From the human T2T-CHM13v2.0 reference genome, Homo sapiens: a stretch of DNA of 64,000 bases. The notes below the pieces were generated by a model. It ran no database searches, was not told the origin of the DNA, and worked only from the letters and a program-made list of their open reading frames with translations. The stretch lies in NCBI RefSeq assembly GCF_009914755.1, contig NC_060936.1; one strand, written 5' to 3'. A program made the translations under genes and the position numbers. This document shows, one piece after another, positions 49,576 through 64,000 of this stretch (within the stretch, counting starts at the first letter, position 1; each line of letters starts with the position of its first letter).

Positions 49576-50434
49576 GAAAGAGGGGAGGAAGAAAGGAAGG
49601 GAAGAATAGAGTGAGAGTAAGGAGAATTAATTAATTAATGAAGATTATAATATTGGTTGGGTAATCAGTAAGTATTTCCAACCCCAATCACATTAGCATG
49701 CAACTTTCATGATTTTCTTACCTGTACCTTGAAAGATTTCCTATGTGATTTCCTGAAGTGGCTATGGATTCTAGCTCTTCCAAAGTGCCTGGGGATGGGG
49801 ACAATATGGATTAGTTATTTGTTGCTACACTCACAAACTTTAGTATTTATTAAGCACTTAACAGGGCCCATGCACTGGGCTAAGCACTTTTCCCGGCTTA
49901 TCTCACTTTACTGCCACCTTAGGGCTTTTGAATTTTAATAGGAAAGAAGTAAGGACAGTGTCTACATATGTAAGCCCTGGGATCAGCCTGCCCAAACTTA
50001 AATCCTGGATGCACCATTGGGTAACTGTATGGCTCCTCTCTGTTTATCATCTATAAAGAAGATATATTAACTATTCATATGTAACAGAGTGGTTCCGAGA
50101 TTTAAATGAGATTGTGCAGGATTGGCATAGAGTCTGGCACATGGCAAACAGTAAAACATCTCAGCTACAATTATGACCACTTTCCAGAGCAGAAACCAAG
50201 GCTGAAAGCCAGTATACGCCTTGTCCTAGGTCACAAAAAACTGAAAAATAGAACTGGGATTTAAACCTGCTGTTGTTTAATACCAAAGTTTTTTTTGTTT
50301 TGTTTTTTGACTAGACTGCTTTTCTGTCTTTTTTAGTCTAGCTCTTTGTTCAAAAGGCCTCCAGGGAAGTTAGTACAGTGTAGAAAATTATATCTCTCAC
50401 CCAGGCAAACACATGAGTAATGTGAGGCAAACAC

Positions 50435-50663
50435 AGCTCACTGGTGCAGCCTCAACCTCCCGGGCTCAAGTGATCTTTGCGCCTCAGCCTCCCGAGTAGC
50501 TAGGACTACAGATGTACCACCATGCCTGACTAATTTTTTATTTTTGTAGAGACAGGGTCTCTCCACGTTGCCTAGGCTGGTCTTGAACTCCTAGCCTCAA
50601 GCAATCCACCTACCTCAGTCTCCCAAAGTGCTGAGGTTACAGGCATGAGCCACCATGTCTGGC
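50435..50663 (-). mobile_element. Partial AluJ
   Basis: Alu sequence lacking its tail end. Confidence 0.85.
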
Positions 50664-50809
50664 CAACTTTCTTGACTAGTATTCTCTTTTAAGATATTAG
50701 AGGCAAGTGTTAAGAGGTTACACAAGGGATTGTTATAGATTTGTAAAACGAGGCTGGATGATGGTAACTTTGAGATCTGTAAATATTTACACAGCTGTCT
50801 CAAAAAAAA

Positions 50810-51530
<721 letters not shown>

Positions 51531-52938
51531 GTTATTTGTTTTTATTTCCATCAAGCATGTAGAATTCTCAACTAACATCCAAGTTTCAAAAAATCCAGAA
51601 AAGTCAATACTGTGCTGATGCTGTCAGATAATCAACTGTAGACGAGACAGTATTCGTGCCTGCAAGGATCAGCCTATTGAAAGATAATGCAATAAAGTGC
51701 AAGGCATTAGCGTAAAGACAAGGTTTAAAGCACATGGTAGTAACATAGCTTAATTCAGAATAAAGGAACAAGGAGTCCGCAGAGGAGGTGACAAATGAGC
51801 TGTGCCCTGATGGATGGGCATGAGTGGGCTGACAATGTGTACCTCCCGACATGAGGGGCCTTGCAGGTGGTGGAAGTGGAAGGAGGACAATAGGAGCAAG
51901 TCTGACGATCCTCCCAAAGTGGCACCTTCTCAATGATTGGTAAGATGTGGGGCTAGAAACATCAGGGGGTCACTCTGACAGCACTCAAGGAGAAAAGAGA
52001 TGGAAAGATATTTCCCCTGTCATGAACTTACTCCATCCCCCGGTGGGAACAGACCCCACCCCTGTTCTGACTCTTGCTCTCCCGTCTCTTCTCCCTCCCC
52101 TCAGTTTCCAGCTGAAATAGAGACCCCTCTCAATTGTTGTGCATTTTCTTCAGGGATCGGGGTTGAGCTGCTATTATTAAAACTTGTATGAGTTTCCTTC
52201 TTACTTCTTCAGCGAATTCACCTCTGTAGGTCATCAGCCTTTAGCCCCTGGGAACCTCAGGACAGGTAGAATATGCACAATTTCAGCTAATTTATCCTGC
52301 CAGTGAGACACAACTGCAGCTTCATTAAAAGATCTGTGTCAGGCTTCACAGAAATAATGAAAATACTGTCAACCAGTTGGCAAGAATTTCAAAGCAGCCC
52401 TTTTATGTCTGGCGGCGAGGGCACCCGAGGTTGGCCTCCTTTGCTGTCAGCCTTTCAGTTCAAGACAAAGAGCATGACTGTTCTTCTCTAGAAATCAGCA
52501 AAACTCTCCTGGAGCCATTTAGTAACAGGATTTCTTTAAAAAACATTATGTGATTTTCCAGTAGAAATAAATATTTTCCTAGCAAGTCTTAAATGGAATT
52601 GCAGGGATACTCAACACAGAACCAAGCACAGGTATGAGACACTCACTAATGTGTCTTGTTCCAGTTCATCTTGGACTGTAAGGATTTGGGTGGGCCAATT
52701 TTTTTTCTATTATTATTTCCTTTCTTTCTTTTTCTTTCTTTATAACTTATTTTCTAAATCATTATAAATTGTAAATAACAGAAACTTCCTTTTCTAAAAT
52801 TTCATTATGGTCTTACAGAGAGTAGTGGGTAACAGGGGAGAACTACAAAGAATTAATAAAAATTTGTATTGGATTTTTGAGGAAAAAAACTGAAAAAGTT
52901 CAAGAAAGTGGTCTAAGTTCTTCAACAAACAACAAACT

Positions 52939-53145
52939 TTATTTTTTTTAGACGGAGTCTCACTCTATCACCCAGGATGGAGTGCAGTGGCCCACAACCA
53001 CACCGGCTAATTTTTGTACTTTTAGTAGAATTGAGGGGTTTCACCATGTTGGCCAGGCTGGTCTCAAACTCCTGGCCTCAAGTGATCTGCCTGCCTCAGC
53101 CTCCCAAAATGCTGGGATTACAGGCATGAGCCACTGCACCTGGCC
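52939..53145 (-). mobile_element. AluS with an internal deletion
   Basis: TSD aacaaacttt; much of the right arm is missing. Confidence 0.85.
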
Positions 53146-53674
53146 AACAAACTTTCAAAGCAGGTTACACTATACCATATGGGAAATATTAGTGGATATC
53201 TGCAATATTAATATTTGCATGAATGATAATTTAGCCTTCATTTTTGCCTCTAGCCTGTGTGCACATTCTTTAGATGCATAGCTTCAGGCTGTGTTCTATG
53301 GGTCCCTAAGGTTTTCCTGGGATTTCATGGAGACAGAGGTGTGCTGTGGTACTGAACTCAGGCCATCAGCTAGGCTCTGAACTCTTATCTTCCACTTCAA
53401 CCACAACACCTGTGCTAGTATCTGCTTTAATATTGGTGTTTACAGTAAGATATATTTTTAAAATATATTTAAGTCAGAGAGAGAGAGAGGTTGGACATCT
53501 TTATTATGGATTATTTCCCTAAACATCTTCACAGAGTCTCTCAAATGAACCTGCGGCTTTTGAACTCACTGCTCCTTCAAACTGCTAGTACCACTCTTAG
53601 ACTGGGGCAAGTAGGGCGCCTATCTAAGGCCTGAAGCAAAGGGAGCCTTGTGTTTCAGAGTGCTTTCCTCAACA

Positions 53675-53986
53675 TTTTCTTTCTTTCTTTTTTTTTTGTT
53701 TTTTTTTGAGATAAGGTCTTACTCTGTCACCCAGGCTGGAGTGGAGTGGTACAATTATAGCCCACTGCAGCCACACTTCCTGGGCTCAAGTGATCCTTCT
53801 GCCCCAGCCTCTCAGGTAGCTGGGACTACAGCACGTGCCATCATGCCCCGCTAATTTTTGATTTCTTGTAGAGACAAGGTCTCACTAGGTTGCCTGGGCT
53901 GGTCTCAAACTCCTGAGCTCAAGTGACCCCCCTGCCTCAACCTCCCAAAGTGCTGGGATTACAGGCATGAGCCCCTACATTTGGCC
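53675..53986 (-). mobile_element. AluJ
   Basis: Full dimer. Confidence 0.9.
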
Positions 53987-55916
53987 CACTCCTCGACATT
54001 TTCTAAGTTCTCTCCAGTGTCTGGGACTGGCTGGTCTTTCAGTAGCATCCAGACAGGCCACTCCAGCCCACATGGTTCCTGGTCCTTTTTTCGCTTCTTC
54101 AGAGCGTTCCCTGAAACTCTACCTGACATATGTGGTCAACCAGTTGCCCCAAGGAACTCTGAACCATGCTTCTGTGGGGTTGTTCTGGGGTCCTGTGGCT
54201 GGGCCCCTGTTCCAGGAGGGAAGCAGATTGCTCCTACTGGCCTGTGTGACATACATGGGCCTGTGCATTGGCACTTGTTACCTTGCAATCCTATCTCTGG
54301 TCTCTAGCACCCAAGGGTAAGGAGAGTGTTAACAGAATCTTTTACTACCAGTCCCACCACACCTTTTACAGGCTAGGATAACACATGTCAGGAAGTCCTC
54401 TGGGGTGACCCCAGGTCTGTTTCTTCTGAGAGCTTCTGAGGCTGTTGCTGCACAGTGTTGCCTCTGATTGATGGATATGGTGATGCTGTGCTCTCCCAGG
54501 TTGGTCTTAAGGTCTGACAGATGATAGATATTCCTTGGATGAATGGGATTGTACTTTTCCTGCCAAGCCTAGAGGTTCCTTTCCTCTCTTCCCTACAGAA
54601 AGCAGTGTGGGAGGCAGAAGTGTGTCCAAAATTAAAAGAGATGACATTCTAGGAATGCAATGATTATGGCCTCAAGAGTTCAAAAGAAAACATGATTGGA
54701 ATATGTGTTAATTTACATTTGTGGTATAAAAGTCTGAACAATAAATTTAACGTGAGCAGAAAATCAGATTATTGCTCACATTTTCCTGCACGCCCTGGGT
54801 AACAGGCGCATTTGTGGTCATCATCAAGGAAGCACCATAACAACCTCTGAGAGAGTCACTGGAAATCAGCATTCACAGTCAACATGATGGATGATGTCAT
54901 GTCATGAGTAAGAATGTAACCAGCACAAAATAACTGGTACTAGGAAACTGGAAGAGGAAAAAGATCTACATTGTTTCTATACAAATAGCTTGCAAAGAAC
55001 CATGCCATTGTGAGTAATAACTACAGTGCTACTTTTTTCTTTCAGTGGGAGATATAAATTAGCCAGGAACAGCATATTTAACAATAAAGAGTATGAGGAG
55101 ATAGTTCCGAGACCTGAACAGGAGCTGATGGGGCCTGGACATTACGAAGAATTTTTCAATGCACTGATTGGATAGAAAATGGCTATGTGTACCCTCTACC
55201 CATTTTCTAAATCTTTATCAGTTAATCACCTTTCATAGGTTCATAAATTTTATAATACATTTCAAATCAAATTGATTATACAGACATGCCTCCCCCACCA
55301 GACTCCAAATTTGCCCATAGACTCACACACCCTAGGGGTGTGGGGCATGCTGAGCTAAGACCTTCACCATGTCTTGCTTAATCTTTGGTCCTAACTGGTC
55401 TACCTCCTTCTTAATCTCTTCACTTTCTAGTGTATTTCCCAAACTGCCAGAGTGTTCTTTCTAAAATGCAAATCTGATCAAGTTTTCCCTGTTTATAACC
55501 CTTCAATGTCTAGGAAACCAAACTGAAATTCCTTAGGTTGGAATGTAATTTTCTTCATGACCTGGCCCCTCCTTGTCTGTTTTGCCTGACCTTACACAAT
55601 ACCCCAGTAGTTACTCTATGTTCTAACCCTAACAGGATTAGAACTACAACAGGAAGTTTTCCACATCCTCAGTGTTCTTAAACATTCTTCCCTCTCTTAG
55701 ATTCCCTTAACATTACTAGTCTTCCTAAATGATTCCTATGTGTCGGGGAATACTCAGGTTCCCAGCACCACCTCCCTGAATGCCTTCTTCCAGCCCACAA
55801 AAGGAAAGCAGAAGTCAGTATTGCCAGAGAGAGGGGAGGGAGGAAGGGAAGGTGGAGTTGAGGTCAGAGGGTGTGGGGTGCAGTTCACAGAATCCCTGAA
55901 AGGATTATATTCTGCG

Positions 55917-56432
55917 TGAGGTAGTAACACATTTGGTGTCTGCAATGAATTGAGCCTCCCCAAATCCACATGGTTACGTAGTCTTTTCCTAACTCCCGAT
56001 CGAGGCTGGTTCTATGATCCACTTAACCAACAGAACAACACAGAATTGGCGGAGATGTGCCTGTCTGGGGCCTAAGTCATCAGAAGCCATGACAGTTTCT
56101 GCTTTTGTGCTTTGGAGATCCCTGGGTGCCGTGTAAGATGTTCAGCTACCCTGCTAGGGAGACCCTGTGAGGAGGCCATATGGAAGAGGAGAGGCCATGA
56201 GACTACATAGTGAGAGCAAGAGACTCAGTCATCAGCAGCCCAGCTGAGCACAGCTTCCAGCTCTCTTTGCCAAGGGCCAGATATAGGAATGAAGCATCTT
56301 GGATGTTCCAGACCCATCCACAGCTGCATAAGAGTCCTGTGAGACATCCATCTGAGCCCAGTCAACCCATGGAATCATGAAAAATAATAAAGTTTGTATC
56401 AAGCTACTAAGCTAACTGATGATAACAGAACC
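55917..56432 (+). mobile_element. MLT1H-like LTR
   Basis: gccatatggaagaggagaggcc...tgagccccagtcaacccatggaatcatgaaaaataataa...gataacagaac. Confidence 0.65.
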
Positions 56433-59223
56433 AGGACTCAACAGGTGAGACAGGGTCTTGGCATCAAGCATCTACAAGAAAATATTAGGTGGAGGATATG
56501 CAGGAACTACTATTTGCAAACTCCAGTCTGGCATCATAAAGCAGGACTCAGAAACTGGATGGACAGGCAGAGTGCACCACTACCAGGCATCCGGCATGGC
56601 ATTACACACGCTTCTCTGTTGACCTAGCCAAACTCTCCCACTCCCTGATCCATTCTCACCCTTGACTGAGAGAGATGAGAAGACAGCTGAAAGATGAACA
56701 CGTTCAGTGTGACATCTACCCATAGCTGGGACAGGCAGTAAGGCAAGGTGACCATCCAGCTGGCAAGAAGGCTGAGGACAGGAAGCCAATATCTGATTAG
56801 ATGTTACAGCAGAAATGGCCGAAACTGATTACCAGTTAGTCCTTTGCTCTTTTGGTCAAGGGCACAGATTCCATCCCAGTTAATTTGGCTTTAGTCCATG
56901 GCCACAGACTGAACCTTTAACCCAGCCAGCTGTCCTAATTGGATGTCCTCCCTTGGATGTCTGGGAAAGATAGGACAAGACACAATGTCTTTTGTCTGGG
57001 AAAGGCTGTGTGTGAGTGGGTTTGTCTGTAACAGTGGCATCATCAAAAAATAACTGGGTTCTAAAATGCATCCACTCATCTCCTTCCTCCCCACCTCCCC
57101 ACAGGCCAGTCTAAATTTGTTCATTTATTTGAATTCCCTATTTCTGTTCATAGGACCAGCAGTCTTTCCCCAGTCCCTTAGGTTTAAAACTTTGACATCA
57201 CTTTTGAAGTCTCTCTTCTCTCTCCCCTACACCCAAGCTAAACTAATATGGCTCACTTCTGCAACATCTCTTAGCTCTTTCCCTCTTTTCTATTTTCACA
57301 GTTCTAGTCAAGGTATGTATGACTCTTAAATGGAGATTTTCAATGCTTCTTAACTAGTATTGCAGCTTCTACCCTTTTTTCTCCTTTCTTCAATCCAACT
57401 TTCACATCCCTGCCTAGAATACCTTCTGATAATGTCATTTTCCAACACTCAGTTCATCAGTGTTTTTCTAATACCTGCAGCAGGCTTGCAAACTGGAAGA
57501 CCGTCAGGTGATTTAAATGTGAGACACGACTGAGCGTAAGACACTAGGGTGCTGCATAGCTCCTCCGGCAGGTGCAGAGTGTGAATCCTGCTGAAGGCAT
57601 TTCCTGTCTTTATTTTTATAGCTAGTGTTCTGACCAGACAAACCACAAAATTCCACAAAATAAAGGCCAAATTCTTCAGTCTAACATTTAAAGCTTTCCA
57701 TGATTAGATTCCAACTTACTTTTCCAGACACAGAGCTTTTAATGTCAGTATGTAGCTCAGAGATGGTATGTATAGGGTACATGTGCCACCACACTTCCAT
57801 CCCTGGTCCATGGAAGATATTCCCACTAATCGTAGGACCACTAATCATGGTCCTCTTTCCTGTTGGGCTCAGATACAGCCTCCAGATCGTCCCCAAGAGA
57901 GCATCTATGAGCCAGAGGTGCTTAATGTATCCATTAAAACCTATTTGCCATTGTGTACAAGCTCACATCTGATCACTTTCAGCCCATGCCGAATCCCCTC
58001 GGTCCACTGTACTGTGCTTGTCATGCAGACCAGAGGACTTCAGCATTTTGAAATAAACACCTTGGTTAGCTGGTTCTCTCTGACCCACTCTCAGCTACCA
58101 CACAGGCTGCTCCGCTGTAGGCTCAGTCCCGTTTTAGGTGAGTTGCCCCCTGGTCGCTTCAGGTCATGGCAGGAGACTGATCCTGATCCTGGTAGTTTGC
58201 TCCAGAGAGAGAGGCTTGGATGAGGGTCTTATCTTAGCTAAAGCAGATTTCATGACAAGCCTCCCATCCCTGTACCCCTCTTCCAACCCCTGTAGTGGCA
58301 AATGCTGAGGGCTGATCTCAGGGAGACCCTACCCCACTGACGCTACTGTTTTAGATGAACCAACTCACAAAACAACTGGTGCACAACATCCAGTCTGTTC
58401 ATGACCATTGGTGAACGTCATCTGTTTGTGTGTTCAAGCTCCCTAAAAGCCTCATAATCTAGGTTGCTGCTTGGGCTTGGCATGGTAGTGTGTGTGGCTG
58501 TGGGAGATGTTCATGCTATACAAAATGCCCAAATGCCCATGCCACACAGAGTGGGTGGCAGGATTTCCCTTTGAGGAGCTCTATGTGCATTCCTTCAATG
58601 ACTGGGGGTCTACTTCACTTTTTCATATTCCATTGGGGCCTGCACATTCCAGAGAGCCCAGTTTTCCTCTCTGTTTGGCAAGACTTATTCTTTCTCCTAA
58701 AGTAACTGACTGTCGTATTTGTTTTAAAAGAGCGAGTAAGACAGATGCTAATAATAACACATAGACTAACTCAAAAACTCAAGGGAGGGGAAGCGGGGGA
58801 AAGAACCATTTATTTTATGGTCGATGGAGTCAGTTTGTCTTATGATCTTATCAAGAGTTCTGCAGCCTGGTACCTGCCACGTTGGCTATCACACCTGCTT
58901 TGTGTGGATATCATGCCTTAAAGACAGGCTTGAATATGGCAATTTAATATGATGGAGGTCTCCTTTATGTGCCATCCTAAGTGCTACTCTGATTGCCTAC
59001 ATAGGTTAACATGCCTCTTGCAAAGCCTTAGAATGATTGAGTCACTGGAGCAACAATGGCTAGTCATGCAGCAGGTGTGATAGTTAATTTTTGGTGTTAT
59101 CAAATGCTGCACCACAGCTGGCAGCCCTGATCTCACAGACCTCTATGGTCTTAGCCTACTGAGTATCTTTCATCTTTTCAGAATTTCTGGGGTTGATTTT
59201 TTTTTTAACTTAGGAATAAATTC

Positions 59224-59583
59224 TGCTATGGACTGAATGTTTTCCCCCTCCCCCGCCAAATTCATACATTGAAGCCCTAATCGCCAGTGAGATGGTATCT
59301 GGAGGTAGAGCCTTTGGAACATAATTAGATCATGAGCGTGGATCCCTCATGAATGGGATCAGTGCTCAATAAGCAACATGAGAGAAATGACCTCTGTCTC
59401 CATCATGTGAGGATACAGCAAGAAGGTGGCCATCTGCAAATCAGGAAGAGAACCCTCATCAGACCCCACATCTGCCAGAACTTTGATCTTGAACTTCCAG
59501 CTTCCAAAACTGTGAGAAATAAATTGAGTATAAGCCACCCAGTCCATAGTAATTTGTTATAGCAGGCCAAAACTGACTAGAAG
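59224..59583 (+). mobile_element. MLT1A-type LTR
   Basis: tgctatggactgaatg...aactgtgagaaataaatt...tttgttatagcag. Confidence 0.85.
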
Positions 59584-59925
59584 TTTCACACAAGAATTAG
59601 TTACATTTGAAGAGAAGGAAAGAGATAAAACCTCTGTTAAGGACTGGTTTTCCAGGAAGAGTGATTATTTCCATCCATACAGAGGTGGAGGGAGGGCATT
59701 ATATGCATGACAATTCCCCCTCAGAATGAGGTGTTACTGTTGATGTTTATCTTTAACAAAGACAAAGACATTAGTGAGATGGTGTTTACAACTGAGGTGG
59801 CTTCATGGAAAAGGCAGAACTTAGTGGGAATGAACCTCTTTTCACTACAAGCTTGTTCGTCATTGAGGATTCACCTCAACTGAAATTGTAGGGTCAATTC
59901 CAGCCTCAGGTGGCCAAGGCCTCCC

Positions 59926-60231
59926 ATCTGATTCCTGCCCGGGCTCAGGACACATGCACTTTCCCCTGGGCTAGGGCCAGGTGGAAGGTGCTCATTTGCC
60001 TTGATGTCCCTAGAGTGCAGAGGATTGCATTTTATAAAACTAATGAAGGATTTAAACTAATATACTAATAAACTAATGGAGGATATAGAACTAATGAAGG
60101 ATCTGATCCCTGCCCTGGTTCAGGACACATGCACTTTCCCCTGGGCTAGGGCCAGGTGGAAGGTGCTCGTTAGCCTTGATGTCCCCAGAGTGCAAAGGAT
60201 TGCATTTTATAAAACTAATAAAGGATTTAAA
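59926..60231. repeat. 131-bp direct duplication (59926-60056 and 60101-60231) with a 44-bp spacer
   Basis: 8 mismatches in 131 bp by manual alignment. Confidence 0.95.
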
Positions 60232-60700
60232 GGTAATTTTTCATTATTTTTCTCTATTTAATTGATATAATCACTTTTTTGTGAGGAAAATACAGTTTAA
60301 CCAAGGCAGATACTATGTCACCCCTACACCTCTACAACTGTTTGATCACCCATAGGGTAACTCAATTAATGTAACACAGCAGCAGGAAGGAGTCATGCCT
60401 GAAACAGCCTCCCAGCCGAGGCTCTGTGGGCTAAAGGAGGGGGACAATGGCTGGTGAGGGGGAGACAGATTTGTGCTATTTAACAAAATGTTTGCAAAAC
60501 AATGATCTAGTAAATACACTGGAAACTTACAAAATTATGTTCCTCTCCTGATCATTGTAGGGATTTTAGGGGTTTTTTTTAATAGTTAAAATTTTATTAG
60601 GAAACAGGAATATTCAGAAAAGACTGAAAAAAATCACAAGATATTATGAAGAATTAATTAGGAAAAAGCCTAGCGAGAAGGCTGTAACATAACAGACATA

Positions 60701-61125
60701 CAGTGGACCCGGGAACAACTTGGGTTTGAATGTGTGGGACCACTTAGACGCAGATTTTCTGCCACCTCTGCCACTCCTGGAACAAGACCAACTCCTTCCT
60801 CCTCCTCCTCCTCCTCCTTAGCCTGCTCAACATGAAGACAAGGATGAAGATCTTTCTGATGATTTCTTCCATTTAATAAATAGTAAATATATTCCCTTTT
60901 TCTGATTTTTTAAATAATATTTTCTTTCTCTTGCTTATCTTATTGTAAGAATTCAGTATATACTACTTATAGCATACAAAATGTGTGTTGTTTATGTTAT
61001 CAGTAAGACTTCCCGTCAACAGTAGGCTATTAGTAGTCAAGTTTTGGGGGAGTCAAGTTATCTGTGGATTTTCAAGGGCTCAGGGGGTCAGTGCCCCGAA
61101 TCCCCATGTTGTTAAAGGCTCAATT
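60701..61125 (+). mobile_element. Tigger2a/MER28
   Basis: cagtggacccgggaacaac...gtcaacagtaggctattagtagt...gggggtcagtgcccc. Confidence 0.85.
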
Positions 61126-61668
61126 ATGATTTATTTCATGGCATCAGGAGTCAATCTCTTGATACTTCTAGTTTTCTCAAAGCCACCTTTTATGTTCATC
61201 ATTGTTCAATTTATTTCCCAGCAAATATGTAAGTTTTTTATTGCCATATATAAAGTTACAGTGCATCTCCTGTGTTCTGTCTTATCCTTCATCCCCCTAA
61301 ATGCTGCTTTAAATGGCAGGCCAGGGTGTAGGGTGTTTGATGTTCTCTGAGTTAGCATGAGTTCTGAGCTGTAAGTAAATCATACATGTACTACGTAATT
61401 CATGAATTATTTATTTTTGCTTGTGCTTTCTATAGAACACTATGTATCAAAATCAAATTCAAAGTACTTTAATCTTAGGTGATTTCAGATCATTAAAATA
61501 ACTGGCTATCCAGCCTTGCAGGAAAGGTTTTTTGTTTTTTTTTAATCTATGTCTCCATAAAGGTTCTGACCAGCTAGAAGAAGTAGCAGTCTTCCCCACA
61601 TTTACTTATGCCACAGAGGTGATGGATCAGCCACAGAGAACACAAGGAGCTTAAAGAAATCGAGTCCT

Positions 61669-61963
<295 letters not shown>

Positions 61964-63139
61964 AGGGAAAATGTTCTCCTGCTCTCTGGGTTCCATTAAC
62001 ACCTGACTTTTTTAAACTTTAATTTCAAAAAATTGACATAAAATGTTATGTACTTATATACAGCTTTAAATCAGTTTCTCTCTTCTCTGATACCCTAGGA
62101 AACAATAACTCCTGCTGTGGTAGCATTTTCTAATAGACCTTGCTGCGTGTCAAGAAGTGAAAGTTGACCCAGAATTAAAGACTCCTGTTTTCTTTACCAC
62201 CTTCTCTTTCTCTCTTGCTTTCTAAGTTGTTTCTAAAGGTAAAGATCCTAGAGAGGCCTGATAAACAGAGAACTCCAGTAAGACCCACCTATGCTTTATA
62301 GGAACAGGTTCTCATATCCTCTCTGATGTTTGTCCCTTGGTGGGTTTGTGTTGCAATGTACCTGCTGTTCTGTAGGTGGGAGTCTGTGGGTAGGGGGTAC
62401 CCTAAGGTCTGGAGGATCAGGAAAATGTGGAGGTGAGATAGGAGTTACCCCAGGCAGCCTGGATTAACGCTGCAGACACAGAGACCTCAAACTTTTCATT
62501 CATTCATTTATTCGTTCTGTTTACTGATGGACCACCTGTTACATGCTGAGAATTGTGCTCAGCTCTGAGGGGTACAAAAAAGAAAGACCTGGTCCTCTGC
62601 TTTAAGGACCAATATTGTCGGAAAATGGACATGCAAATGAACAATCACACATTAAATGCATTTTTATAAAGGAAATCTATACATGAAAGCAAGGATCTAG
62701 AAATCCTTCATTCTGTTCAGTCATTGTTTTTGTATCATGGGGAAGGGGAGGAATTGGTATGAAATTTTATTTTCAGAGGAGGCAAATTGTAGCCAGAAAC
62801 ACACCAGGATTCTAGTCCCAGGGCAAGATACTCTACTCTTTGCTCTCCAATTTCCTCATCCTAACATGATGGCATTGACCAACACACTTCTGGGGTCATG
62901 GTCAGGAAGGAGGGAAGTTAGCCAAACTGACTGAGTCCTTGGCCTGAGTCCTAACCCTGGCCTTTTATTGGGCCTCAGTTTGTCCATCTTTCCTGGACCA
63001 CCATTCTCTGACTGTTAAATGGGAAGAATATCTATCTCTCAGGATTGATGGGGGATAAAGAAGGAATGTATGTTCTCTTTCCTCCTTCTCCTTTTCATTC
63101 TTACCTATGATTCTATGCATATGCTACTCCATCATTACG

Positions 63140-63412
63140 TTTCATGACTCAGAATTGTATACATTTCAGAACAGTAACGTGGTGCACATACTGCATTTAA
63201 AATAGCATACCCAACTGTGTCTACACCCCATAATCAAAACTTTTATATTTTAGTATCAAAGCATATAAATATTCAATTAGATGGGATAAGTAAATGTCTT
63301 AGGTAACCTCATATCATTTTAGGTAAGATTTTGCCACCACGTGTTTTTTTGCAAACTCATAAGAAATTTTTTTTTGACAGCTCTTTTGATTTTGATAAAG
63401 AATTATGGACTT
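63140..63412 (+). mobile_element. MER46C-like non-autonomous Tigger element
   Basis: cagaattgtatacatttcagaacagtaac...ccccataatcaaaac...gattttgccacc...gataaagaattatggac; aligns by eye to both ends of the 43502-46785 element. Confidence 0.7.
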
Positions 63413-64000
63413 CTAATAACAATTTGGTTCATAAAATAATTTTGCGGGAGAAATAACTCTTTCATTTATGTTTACTTCCAAATGGATGGCTTCCGGTTAA
63501 TCACTCTTGGCCCTCCCTTTGTAGCCCTGCACACAGCCTGTGAGAAGGGCATGAGGAGGACGGCGATTACCCAGATTGGCAACCTTGACAAAAAATAAAC
63601 CAGGCATGTTCCCCTCAGCTTCACCGACTTTACTCTTGGAAGGAAATTGGTCATTGGCTCTGCTGTGACTCTCTGCCTAATTTAGTTACAAATCCCTATT
63701 CGTGCCTCAGATTTTATTATTACTGGTAATAACAATCATTATATTTATGTCTCCTTCGGTCACCCTTTGTTTTATTTCTCAGTTAAGAACTCAGATGAGA
63801 AGAGGCCTGACTCCTCAGAAAATAATTTGGTCCTTGAGCAATTTCATTGTCCACTCAGCATTTAACTGAGCAAATAAAACAGTGGAATTTTGATTGAAAG
63901 AAATATTGTATACCTGTAGAGAGGATTTTGGTGACTTTGGGGCTCGGACTTGGGTGTGTGAGCAGGGCCTTCAATTGTGGCCCTTTGTAATGGTTTGTGT

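Noticed and set aside
63472-63654. 60-aa minus-strand ORF in unique sequence
   Set aside because: It is short, with no homology or splice context I can support.

Overview
This is primate (almost certainly human) non-coding DNA, intergenic or deep intronic, and it is dominated by interspersed repeats: about 40 Alu/FLAM copies or fragments, a 6.6-kb old L1M element, L1/L2/MIR fragments, many LTRs (THE1, MLT1, MLT2, MER34-like, MER76, MER21, MER67-like, LTR41-like, a solo LTR14C) and hAT/Tigger DNA-transposon fossils. I recognise no protein-coding exon, RNA gene or CRISPR array; the supplied ORFs are mostly Alu, L1 or microsatellite read-throughs. Repeat names come from my memory of the consensus sequences and need RepeatMasker/Dfam confirmation. 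I cannot support a new biological system. Three signals are not explained by routine annotation. (1) A recurring set of locally templated copy events: two ~270-bp inverted duplications at ~95% identity, a 131-bp tandem duplication with a templated spacer, an LTR end plus its flank copied 18.6 kb away, and several fold-back micro-insertions. (2) A 3.3-kb Tigger/Zombi-like element with MER46C-type ends and readable transposase remnants, with a short MER46C deletion derivative in the same window. (3) A CpG-enriched unique block at 31.4-32.5 kb with strong splice donors, which may be a transcript 5' end.
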